Below are positions 49,755-58,768 of a DNA stretch of 64,000 bases, in pieces (position 1 is the stretch's first letter; every line of letters starts with the position of its first letter). The position numbers and the translations under genes were made by a program. Where the stretch lies: IMG/VR virus record IMGVR_UViG_3300046710_000261, positions 1 to 64,000 of that record, one strand, 5' to 3'. Source of the DNA: a virus. Taxonomy: Duplodnaviria > Caudoviricetes. The notes under the pieces are model-generated. The model searched no databases and had not been told where the DNA came from. It was given only the letters and a program-made list of their open reading frames with translations.

Positions 49755-50506
49755 TCATCATCCTTCCTGAAATATTCTTTTACCGTTTCAACCAATTCAG
49801 TTATATGCGTTCCGAATATAGGTTCGTATCCCCGTTTTATGTCATTCAATTTTTTTTCGTATTTTTTGAAGCGAATATCTTTTGTTCCCAGTTCGGATTT
49901 ATGCGCACTCCAAATTATCGAAGTGCTATTCTCATGGTGATCCATATATGATCTGTCAAGTTGTAGCCATCTCAATTTTTTTGGTATATATTTCGCATGT
50001 AACTCTGCCAGTTTTGGTTGATCTTTATTAAAGAAGTATTTTCCATCCAGTAGATAAATTTCCCAATCTCGCAAGAAATCTATTGCCAGCGTTGTTGGAT
50101 TTGCTATTATAATACCACCAGCAATCTTTAATGGATTTATTAGTAAACCACCAAGATCATTTTTCATCATTCTATGCTGTAATTCATCGGGTATCGGCTT
50201 TATTAGCATCATGTCTGCATCCAATAAGACATGCAGTTGATATGTATTCATAACAATAGAGTTCAAAAGAAACGATGCTTTATGCGCTATTATCTGCCAG
50301 GACATTTCAGCCCCTTTTATTGGTTCAATTGTGTTTCGTAAGACTGATATTTTATTTGGATAGTTGTAGAATTTTTCCAGTTTATTTACTGGCAAATTTA
50401 TAGCATATGCGTTTATAAAGGCATCATTATGATTGAGAAGAATTGACTCTGATAGCAATTCTGCCCATTTCAAATAAGGTTCATTGAAATATATAGTAAA
50501 TATCAT
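49751..50506 (-). CDS. GT-A fold glycosyltransferase
   Basis: LLDADM, GGII, DQ..L. Confidence 0.7.
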   Translation of the reverse strand: MIFTIYFNEPYLKWAELLSESILLNHNDAFINAYAINLPVNKLEKFYNYPNKISVLRNTIEPIKGAEMSWQIIAHKASFLLNSIVMNTYQLHVLLDADMMLIKPIPDELQHRMMKNDLGGLLINPLKIAGGIIIANPTTLAIDFLRDWEIYLLDGKYFFNKDQPKLAELHAKYIPKKLRWLQLDRSYMDHHENSTSIIWSAHKSELGTKDIRFKKYEKKLNDIKRGYEPIFGTHITELVETVKEYFRKDDE

Positions 50507-51444
50507 GTTATCACTTCCTTGAAAAAATTCAAATACTCATTTGCCATATGTCTTGCTGTCAAAAATTCTGGTAGTTTTACTCTTCGTCTATCCTTATATA
50601 TTATGTCCATTGCTTGCAAAATATTCGTCCGATTTTCTTCTGATAATTTATTATAATCGTCAGTATAATAAGGAGCGGGAGAAATATTATCATAACTTCC
50701 ATCCCCAGAGCAAACAATACATCCTTCTGTCTCTTCTGCCATATCGGTAGCTCCCCCACAAGCATTTGTGGTGATAACAGGAATACCAGCACCAATCGCC
50801 TCAACGACAGTATTTGGGCAAGAATCTTTTTTGGATAGATGCAACGATAAATTTGCTTTCCTGAATATAAGAGCCATTTGATCATAGTACACATACTTAT
50901 AATAACATATTTTGGGGTGGTTGTAAATGGCATTTGTTTCCAGATTTCCCAGGATATGTAAAAAAGCATTGTGTGACTTGAGAAATTCAAGAAACAATTC
51001 TATTATCTCTTTCAGTCTTTTATGTCTTCGCCATATAGAAGAAACCACGATATGGAATGTATTTTTATCGGGTGTATGCTCTCCTGCCCATCCATCATCA
51101 ATTCCGTTGTATATCACTTTTGTTTTAGCATTATGTTTTCTTCCTTCCATATATGAAGGAACCATAATGCTTGAAAATTCTGATTGATAAATTATTCCAT
51201 CGGCTATGGTATGCGCTCTGCTTATTGGGGCATTCCAGGAATTATAATTTGTTTCGGTATTATAATAAATCCCATCCACACGGATAATCTTTGGTAGAGA
51301 AGAATTTCGATGAAACAGAACATATGATAAATGAATATCCGCACTACTTATTTCATTGACAATATCACAATCATTTTGTTTCCAATAAGGCAACATTCTC
51401 CTGGTTACTATGTGGTCGCGACCATTGTCGAGATAAATTTTCAT
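50503..51444 (-). CDS. GT4 glycosyltransferase
   Basis: VIYNGID, HKRL, DSCPNTVVEAIGAGIPVI. Confidence 0.9.
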   Translation of the reverse strand: MKIYLDNGRDHIVTRRMLPYWKQNDCDIVNEISSADIHLSYVLFHRNSSLPKIIRVDGIYYNTETNYNSWNAPISRAHTIADGIIYQSEFSSIMVPSYMEGRKHNAKTKVIYNGIDDGWAGEHTPDKNTFHIVVSSIWRRHKRLKEIIELFLEFLKSHNAFLHILGNLETNAIYNHPKICYYKYVYYDQMALIFRKANLSLHLSKKDSCPNTVVEAIGAGIPVITTNACGGATDMAEETEGCIVCSGDGSYDNISPAPYYTDDYNKLSEENRTNILQAMDIIYKDRRRVKLPEFLTARHMANEYLNFFKEVIT

Positions 51445-52184
51445 CGTTTCAGTCTTCTATATTTGGGTTTGTTATTGAAATATTTGAGTATATCTTCCTG
51501 TTCCCTTCTATGTGTTTTTTCTACTTGTAAAGGGTTTGTATCATTATAGCAATAAAGGACTTTATCTATGTATTGTATTTTGTTCGGGCTTGACATTTCT
51601 AGCATAGGGTAAAGAAGTGCCCTATCATAACTATATTTTGCATATTGGCCATCAGGCCCTTTCAAGTCATTCTTGTCTAAGGCATTCCACAAGAATGCTT
51701 TGAATGTTCGCAAATGGGTGAAAGACCATGTGTGGTTTCTGTAATTTTTGAATAGATAATCATCTTCTGTATATTTCGGTATCCAACTTGACATTGTTCC
51801 ATTTGACATATATAAAAATAATGAACTTGTCATCCAACAGTCTGTCTTTTTATAAACATCATAGACTACATTCAATACATTGTTTGCATAAAGCCAATCA
51901 TCAGCATCAAGCAGAACAATTATATCTTCTTCGCTCTGTATCCATGGGTCTAAATATTTTAGGGCATTGGGTATCCATTTTATATTTTTTTCATTTTGGA
52001 ATACTGCCCGTTGTGGGCCAAGATGTATGGCGGCTTGTATGAATGTATCATCAGTTGAGGCATCATCCACAATTATATGTTGCCAATTCTTGTATGCTTG
52101 AGCATCCACACTTTTTATGTGGGTTGGAATATATTTCTCACAATTATAACCACAAGAGAATATCACAAAATGCAAATCTTCCAT
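51441..52184 (-). CDS. GT2 glycosyltransferase
   Basis: YNCEKYI, VDDASTD, LDADDWL, HLRTFK. Confidence 0.9.
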   Translation of the reverse strand: MEDLHFVIFSCGYNCEKYIPTHIKSVDAQAYKNWQHIIVDDASTDDTFIQAAIHLGPQRAVFQNEKNIKWIPNALKYLDPWIQSEEDIIVLLDADDWLYANNVLNVVYDVYKKTDCWMTSSLFLYMSNGTMSSWIPKYTEDDYLFKNYRNHTWSFTHLRTFKAFLWNALDKNDLKGPDGQYAKYSYDRALLYPMLEMSSPNKIQYIDKVLYCYNDTNPLQVEKTHRREQEDILKYFNNKPKYRRLKR

Positions 52185-52193
52185 ATGTCACCT

Positions 52194-52436
52194 CTAAAAT
52201 ATTCTTTTTGGATATTTTTTCTTTACTTCTCGGTAGCGTTGTGTTTCGCTATATCCTTCTGCCCTCCAGGATACTTTATCTTTTCGCGGGTCATATTTCA
52301 ATACAAAATTGAAGGTGCCTGGAAAACATTTTTCCATTTTCTTATTACATTTAGGACATACAACAACATCATCATCTTTATGAACAATACGTTCAAGCAT
52401 CATATTACATTTTTTACAATTGAAATCAAATAACAT
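52194..52436 (-). CDS. FmdB-like zinc-ribbon protein
   Basis: FDFNCKKC ... CPKC. Confidence 0.75.
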   Translation of the reverse strand: MLFDFNCKKCNMMLERIVHKDDDVVVCPKCNKKMEKCFPGTFNFVLKYDPRKDKVSWRAEGYSETQRYREVKKKYPKRIF

Positions 52437-53274
52437 TTAACGACCTCCCAAAAAATTCTATCATTTTTACTATTGTTTCTGGCTTTGTTTGCTTGTCTGC
52501 TGGATACGCAATACATTTATTATTAAAATTATATATTCCATCTTCTTTATATAAACCAATCGGTCTTCCCCAAGTGAATAGAGGCTTTCTTTGAAGATTG
52601 GCTATTACTGACCAATGACCTGTGGGGCATATGACCATTCGAGCATTATCAATGATTGATATGATGTATTTATACCCATTCTCAAAATAATCCGCGCACC
52701 GCAAGACAACATTTTCTTGATTGAGATATGTTTTCATGTCTCCAACCACGATAAGATCATTCTTATATATATTCGACAATTGCTGATAGATTTCATCTAT
52801 CTTCAATAAATCTTCTTTTATATCGGGAATGAACACAATCTTATTTTTGTAGATTTCTTTTATTTTTATATCTTCCGGCACAACCATTTTTTCAAAGAGT
52901 TTGTTATGGATAGGATAATTATTGTTTGTATTTTTGGTGTAGTTTAGAGAGAAGATTTCGACTTTTCTTTTTCGTGTTTGCTGTATTCTTTCTTTGAACC
53001 GCCTGATCAAAAGACCATAATCTTTGTTATTCAGGCCATCGAAAATATACCCTTCCTGGGACAATTCATTTCTACTAAATTCTCCAAAGATGGGAAATAT
53101 ATTTTCTTTAGGAACCCATTGATATAAGAATGTCCTGTTTGAATGAGTAGAGACATAAACTTCTTTATGTTGTATTACAGATGAAATCCATCTGGCCCAT
53201 GGGCGGAAGGTTATTGTCTCCTGTTCAAAATTTCCTACATACGGTCCCAACAAAAGTGTTGTATCATCTAACAT
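52426..53274 (-). CDS. GT9-like protein
   Basis: GPYVGNF, IIDNARMVICPTGHW..ANLQRKP. Confidence 0.45.
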   Translation of the reverse strand: MLDDTTLLLGPYVGNFEQETITFRPWARWISSVIQHKEVYVSTHSNRTFLYQWVPKENIFPIFGEFSRNELSQEGYIFDGLNNKDYGLLIRRFKERIQQTRKRKVEIFSLNYTKNTNNNYPIHNKLFEKMVVPEDIKIKEIYKNKIVFIPDIKEDLLKIDEIYQQLSNIYKNDLIVVGDMKTYLNQENVVLRCADYFENGYKYIISIIDNARMVICPTGHWSVIANLQRKPLFTWGRPIGLYKEDGIYNFNNKCIAYPADKQTKPETIVKMIEFFGRSLNVI

Positions 53275-53758
53275 TTTTAATTGTCACTAATTATTACATT
53301 GCCTGACCATTCTTCAAAAACAGGCTGAAATGCTTTAAATTGATCAGTGCTTAATTCAATAACTTCAACATTTCTCAATAAATCTTTTAAAATATTGGGG
53401 GAGCAGAAAAGATATTCTTTGTCGAGTACATCCAAATTGTTAAAATTTAGCAATACTTTGTTGTTCTTTCGCATGAAAGAAATCAGCATATCTCCTGGTT
53501 TATTGCAGATATAATACTTTTTTGTTGTGGTTTTCAATAAGTTATTATACACTCTTATATTATCACAAACAACAAATCTGTTTGTTTTGTCCCATGTATT
53601 CATCACATTTGCTATTTTTTCTTGAGTAGGGTTTTGAAAATTTAATTGAATTAAATGAACTCTTGGAATGCTTTTTAATGCTGTATCGTTTATGTTCTCT
53701 TCATTGATAGAAATATAATCTGTACCTTTTTGTGTTATTTTCATTGTATTACCTCACA

Positions 53759-54766
53759 TTAATTCATTTTCAACTTGACCATGGCATCAAACTTTGAGAA
53801 AGAGTTATCGGAAACAAACTCATAGATGTCTTCAATGCCACATTTTGTAACGAGATCGTTTATATCCTTTATCTCTTTGTATTTATGTGGTGGGATGAAA
53901 TATTTCGTCAAGTGTGAGAACTTTCCTGTATTCATGTATTCAAAGGTTGCCTTCCTACCAGGAGCATCATTATCAAGAGCGAGAATAACACCTTTATCTG
54001 TGCTGTCTAATAACTTTTTGATGAACTCGTCCGTTATTTCTACACCCAAACTTGATGTTCCTTGATTGGGTATTCCATCAGCATCCAAAAGGCCCTCTAC
54101 CACAATGATATATTTGTCTCTTTTGAATTTGTCTAAATTGTATATAATCCGACTTTTTTCTGTTGGTGGATTTTTATATTTTCTTTCTGGATTTGACTCT
54201 AGTGACCTTCCCTGAAAATATATCATATCATTGTTATTGAAAATAGGAATAATCACTCTGCCTTTATAGTCTCCATGGTAGGCAATATAAATTCTGAAAT
54301 TGGGAGAAATTTTTCTTTCATTGGCGAATTTTACCAATGCCTTTTTATGCGCCGTTTGAATAATCCCATCGGGTTCATCGGATAGGCCGATACAATCCTT
54401 CAATATGCTGTTATATAAATTGTAGGGAATGTCTTTGTAAAGGTCTGGTTTATATTTGGGTGCGGAGAGTGCTTTTATAATTCGGTCGGGGTCGTATCTG
54501 TCTAATTCTTTTTTGGCATCATTATATGATAGGCCATTCAATTCTGCATACAATTCGACAAATGATCCAGATCGCCCACAGTTCCAACAATGCCATGCTG
54601 GTAAACCATTTTTATAATCAAGATTGAAACGTCTCTTTGATTTTGATTTTTTGCTATCACCACAGAGGACACATCTGGCCTGAAAGTGGGTGCCGCCTTT
54701 AGTTATGAGCACCTTCTGGAAATGCTGAAAAACAAATTCTCTTACCTGATCTAAAGTAATTAACAT
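53759..54766 (-). CDS. DNA primase (T4 gp61-like)
   Basis: RCVLCGDS..HCWNCG zinc finger, IIP..FQGRSL, VEGLLDA, LDND, KDIND. Confidence 0.95.
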   Translation of the reverse strand: MLITLDQVREFVFQHFQKVLITKGGTHFQARCVLCGDSKKSKSKRRFNLDYKNGLPAWHCWNCGRSGSFVELYAELNGLSYNDAKKELDRYDPDRIIKALSAPKYKPDLYKDIPYNLYNSILKDCIGLSDEPDGIIQTAHKKALVKFANERKISPNFRIYIAYHGDYKGRVIIPIFNNNDMIYFQGRSLESNPERKYKNPPTEKSRIIYNLDKFKRDKYIIVVEGLLDADGIPNQGTSSLGVEITDEFIKKLLDSTDKGVILALDNDAPGRKATFEYMNTGKFSHLTKYFIPPHKYKEIKDINDLVTKCGIEDIYEFVSDNSFSKFDAMVKLKMN

Positions 54767-55135
54767 TTTTCATTTTGTTATTCTTTCTCAAAAGAATAAA
54801 ATCCTAAAGTATTTAATGCTGTGAGGTATTCTCGCAACAATTTATTGTCCTTTTCAGCCACAAAATAATTTGTGGCCATATGGATACATGCGGTCGGAAA
54901 AATGACACTATCATAATATACATCGGGAATACGAGGAAAATCCCTTTTCATTGAATTTATCAAATCAGACTTTTTCATTTTTCATTCCTACATTTCCGAA
55001 TGAAATTTACATTCGTGATCTATAGGTGTATACATGCGTATTTCTTTCAGCGTTTTGCCTTCAAATTTTCCCTGTATACACCTAATTATTTGTTTCTTTT
55101 GTTTGCAGTAATAACAATCTACACACAATCGAATA

Positions 55136-55468
55136 TTATTCTTCTTCTGCATATTCCAATTCATCCACTGTTCTAATTCTCAAATATTTCTTGGCATCTT
55201 CCATTATTTTACTTCTCAAAATCGGAGGGAAAAGACTATAGAATTTCTTCGCATCTTCGGGTGATTTGATATTGAACATTTCCATCATTTGAGAAGCAAT
55301 TTGAAAAGGTGCAAATTCGGGGTTCATCTTCCTGATCTCATGATACACCTTTTCAAGACTTCTCTTCAGTGTTTGACTGACAGCTTGCCTGCATACCCCT
55401 AACCTTTTTGCTATATCTTCACCGTCCATTGGTGTGGTGAAAACGATAACCTTTTTTGCTCTTTTCAT
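55136..55468 (-). CDS. HTH DNA-binding protein (sigma region 4-like)
   Basis: MDGEDIAKRLGVCRQAVSQTLKRSLEK. Confidence 0.7.
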   Translation of the reverse strand: MKRAKKVIVFTTPMDGEDIAKRLGVCRQAVSQTLKRSLEKVYHEIRKMNPEFAPFQIASQMMEMFNIKSPEDAKKFYSLFPPILRSKIMEDAKKYLRIRTVDELEYAEEE

Positions 55469-55900
55469 ATGTTTTTCCTTTCTTATGAGAGTTTATCAAG
55501 TTGTTCTTTGAGATATTTTCTTTCTGATCTTGATTCCGAAATTTTACTTCTGATGTATCTTTTTAGTTTAACTTCGGCCTGCTCTTTTGTGGAAGAAATC
55601 CAGTCAGCAGGAACAGTCATCTGTCTTTTCATGAAAATATCATCATATCGCTCTAAAGCAATAACTTCCGCAATTTCAACATGATCATCTATATGTCTTT
55701 CTATTTCAATACAAGGAAAGACCTTAAATCGCATATGGTCGAATGTCCAGTTAAGACTGGGCTGAGAAATGAAATCTTCATATACTTTCTTTGTTTTTTC
55801 TTCCGCTACTTTCTTTCTTTGTTCAAGTATTGTGGTGTTTGCCCAGGGTTTAGACATTTGAAATTCCTTTCATTTCAATAGTTTATCTCCATTATATCTT

Positions 55901-55929
55901 ATTATAGCATATTATGGATTTCATGTCAA
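55901..55929 (-). promoter_or_regulatory. sigma70-type promoter
   Basis: TTGACA-17-TATAAT with TG extension, overlapping the mom stop codon. Confidence 0.75.
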
Positions 55930-56579
55930 GAGATTTCTTTTGGGTATGGCAAAACTTTCCATTTCAAGAATTTTCGGTCTTCTTTATCTGTAAAATAGAC
56001 ATATCTGTTCTTTTTAGAACGATAGACAACCCTCATTTTCTCTTTATCTCGTAACTCTTTTGGAATGCTCCTATGGTCTAAATCTCCAAAAGTGTAATCT
56101 TTGAAAGGAATTGATGTTCCTGTAAATATCCAATTAGTGGCCTGATAAACTTTCCCCGAATGCCCATATTTAGTATCGGCATAACTTACGAGAATTGTTC
56201 CTTTAGGAATTGTCCTTAAAACCCATCCGATAAATCGGCTTTCAGAATTTTTGGGACATTCATCTGCCATCCATAAACGATTTAGTTCAAAAACTTTTTT
56301 TGCTCTTTCTTCTCCCGCCACACCTTTAATCAATGTATGAGATGCTGGTTTACCTATGGTAAGAACGCCCACTAATCTATCTTCTAAAAAGGCACCGAAT
56401 GCCCAACTTGTAGGTGCCTTTCGATGAAGGTAGTGTTCTCTTACCACCATTTCCATTGCTACCTTATAATCTATTTGCTTAAATTTTAGTTGGAGCGGAG
56501 AGGTCGGACATGAACCGCCATCTTTCTTCTGGAAGGAAGACTGTTCTACTTGAACTATCACCGCTGTATTATTTTCCAT
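55926..56579 (-). CDS. mom: Mom-family (GNAT) DNA adenine hypermodification enzyme
   Basis: HYLH, ELNRLW, PKNSESRFI, VSYADT..GH.G.VYQATNW.FTG, KNRY, LPYPK. Confidence 0.85.
   Translation of the reverse strand: MENNTAVIVQVEQSSFQKKDGGSCPTSPLQLKFKQIDYKVAMEMVVREHYLHRKAPTSWAFGAFLEDRLVGVLTIGKPASHTLIKGVAGEERAKKVFELNRLWMADECPKNSESRFIGWVLRTIPKGTILVSYADTKYGHSGKVYQATNWIFTGTSIPFKDYTFGDLDHRSIPKELRDKEKMRVVYRSKKNRYVYFTDKEDRKFLKWKVLPYPKEIS
56491..56564 (-). ncRNA. tRNA-Gly(TCC)-like element inside the mom 5' coding region
   Basis: GCGGTGA/TCTCCGC-T-CCA acceptor, GTTC/GAAC D-arm, TCTTC-CTTCCA-GAAGA anticodon arm, GGCGG-TTCATGT-CCG(A)CC T-arm. Confidence 0.75.
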
Positions 56580-56613
56580 ATATCACAATATTTATGTTTG
56601 GAGGTTAAAAAAG

Positions 56614-57750
56614 TTATTTCCATTCTTGATCTAATAATAAATCTTCTCTTCTCAAATCAAAATATTTCTTTGCTATCTCTGGATACTTTTCTTCCATTTT
56701 TTTAAGAGCATTTATTTCGGGATTTCGCTTCGCCTCTGCCTGAATAATACAATACTGTCTGAAACTTTTTTTCATGTAGTTTGGTACAAAATTACACCAT
56801 GTTTTTATTGTTTGATATACATCTCTATAAGGACCATCACACTCTTTATATCGCATAATATAAGGAAGACATCCATATTCCATGAGGATTTTTATTCTTT
56901 CAAATACATCTGTAATATCTTGTTCCCAAAACTCTTCATCGAATCGGTTATTTCTATCAAATCCACAGAAAACATATAACTTCGTTCTGCGTTTGGGATT
57001 TACATATTTTCTCCACATGCGGAGTTGTTTGATTATTGTTTCTTTGTCTTCAATATTATCAAAAGCAAAAATATAATCACCAAGGTATTTACAAGAAGAT
57101 ATAACTTTGGCCTTTTCCTCTGTCATCATTCTAATATCCATGCCTTGTTTGAATTGAAACGGATAACCTGTTTCAATGAGTTCATCGAAAACCTCGCGCC
57201 ATCTTGAATATCCCAAAATATTATCATCCCATAAAGATATTTTCTTTCTTGAAGGATCAAAAAATTCTTTTACATGGGCATGAAAAAACACTTTATCATA
57301 TTTCTTATTGACACAAAATTCACACTTGCGAAAACATCCTCTGGTTGTAAAGCCAATGGAATAGTCTTTATAATATTCAAGGCGTATTCTTTCTAATCCT
57401 TTTGTTTCCATTATTTTTACCCAATTATCATATAGATGATAGTCGGGTATATGATGTTCAATTTCATCAGGCAGATTTGGTGCGCTGTCAAAGAAAAAAC
57501 CTGTTCCACCATGTATTGTTTTTTTCAAAATACTTTCATCGAGAATGGTTCCAGTAAGAATTGTATCTGTGAATGCTTTTGATATATAAACCAAATCATA
57601 ATTATCAATGGTGTTATAATTTAGGAGCAGTTCTGTATTATCCCCCAATTCTTTATGATAACCAGATAATTTCATACAAGCAAGATTAGGAAAAGAATGG
57701 CCTTTTCTTCTTATAAGATCAGCGTCAATGATACCTATGCTTTTACTCAT
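56614..57750 (-). CDS. radical SAM protein (copy 2)
   Basis: TRGCFRKCEFC; clear paralog of 27042..28265. Confidence 0.85.
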   Translation of the reverse strand: MSKSIGIIDADLIRRKGHSFPNLACMKLSGYHKELGDNTELLLNYNTIDNYDLVYISKAFTDTILTGTILDESILKKTIHGGTGFFFDSAPNLPDEIEHHIPDYHLYDNWVKIMETKGLERIRLEYYKDYSIGFTTRGCFRKCEFCVNKKYDKVFFHAHVKEFFDPSRKKISLWDDNILGYSRWREVFDELIETGYPFQFKQGMDIRMMTEEKAKVISSCKYLGDYIFAFDNIEDKETIIKQLRMWRKYVNPKRRTKLYVFCGFDRNNRFDEEFWEQDITDVFERIKILMEYGCLPYIMRYKECDGPYRDVYQTIKTWCNFVPNYMKKSFRQYCIIQAEAKRNPEINALKKMEEKYPEIAKKYFDLRREDLLLDQEWK

Positions 57751-58676
57751 TTTAAACCATACTTTTTTGAAAGAACAGAATCATTTTTTATGAAACAGAA
57801 AACTTCATCACAAAAATATTCTATATTTTTGGGTATAACTATTTTCGATCTATTGTTTTTGATCCATTTATAATCAATATCAAGTATGCCAAATTTTTTA
57901 CAAAAATTTATTCCTGTAAGGGGTTCTCCAATACCAGTTATGCCCCCCTTACATGCATCCAAGGCTTCTTTATCTGTTTCTGCATCAAAACTGACAAAAT
58001 ATATTCTTGATTCGGTATATCCTTTTTCTTTGCAAATTTCAGAAGATTTTAATAGTTTTTGTCCAACTTCTTTGCCTTTTTCTGTATCAAATTCCGTTCC
58101 TTTCTTAATTTCATAAATATCGGAGGTCATTTTATTATTATCAAATTTTAATAAATCAAGCTCTATGCCCCGCGAAGTTTTATCCCCTTTTATTTTTTTG
58201 AGTATCTTGTAATTAAAATATATTTCTTCATTTTCTTTTACTAATGGTTTTCCCTCTTTCGCGGAATTTTCAAGCCACCCCATTTTCAGGAGTATGCATT
58301 TTACATCAAATACTAAAGCGTCACCTGTCTGTATTTTTGTAAGATGTGTTCTTGACATAAGATTGGCAAGAGATAAAGGAAGAATGTCTATATAAGCACT
58401 TTCTTTTTTGGGTTCATTTTCTGAAATTAATGTCGATATACTTTTTGGTTCTTTTGGCGGTTTTCTTTTTTCCCCTTTCATGGATTTTTTCATTACATCA
58501 CCCCTTGTTTCAGGATCAGGTTCCTGAAAATTTATCTGTTTATTGATTTCTCTTTTTATCTGTTTGCTGATATTTTTTCGGCATTCTTTGCAAAATGTTT
58601 CTTTTCCCTCATCAGGCACTACAAAAAAATATGCCAAACTTTCAGTAAGTGGTTTCTTACAATTATAACAAATCAT
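57747..58676 (-). CDS. PD-(D/E)XK restriction-like nuclease with N-terminal zinc finger
   Basis: CxxC..CxxC; ELDLL...IYEIKKG..FDTEK. Confidence 0.55.
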   Translation of the reverse strand: MICYNCKKPLTESLAYFFVVPDEGKETFCKECRKNISKQIKREINKQINFQEPDPETRGDVMKKSMKGEKRKPPKEPKSISTLISENEPKKESAYIDILPLSLANLMSRTHLTKIQTGDALVFDVKCILLKMGWLENSAKEGKPLVKENEEIYFNYKILKKIKGDKTSRGIELDLLKFDNNKMTSDIYEIKKGTEFDTEKGKEVGQKLLKSSEICKEKGYTESRIYFVSFDAETDKEALDACKGGITGIGEPLTGINFCKKFGILDIDYKWIKNNRSKIVIPKNIEYFCDEVFCFIKNDSVLSKKYGLK

Positions 58677-58718
58677 GAAAAGCCTTTCTTTATAGCATTT
58701 CTTCCATTATCTCATACT

Positions 58719-58747
58719 ATTATATCAAAAAAAGGAAACACTGTCAA
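58719..58747 (-). promoter_or_regulatory. sigma70-type promoter for the nuclease-rSAM-mom cassette
   Basis: TTGACA-17-TATAAT with TG extension. Confidence 0.8.
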
Positions 58748-58768
58748 GAAAAATATTATATAATAATT

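Noticed and set aside
56491-56564. Functional decoding tRNA-Gly or prophage att site
   Set aside because: 6-nt anticodon loop, T-stem bulge and lack of the D-loop GG argue against decoding. There is no integrase or second copy, and the full cloverleaf is retained in frame.
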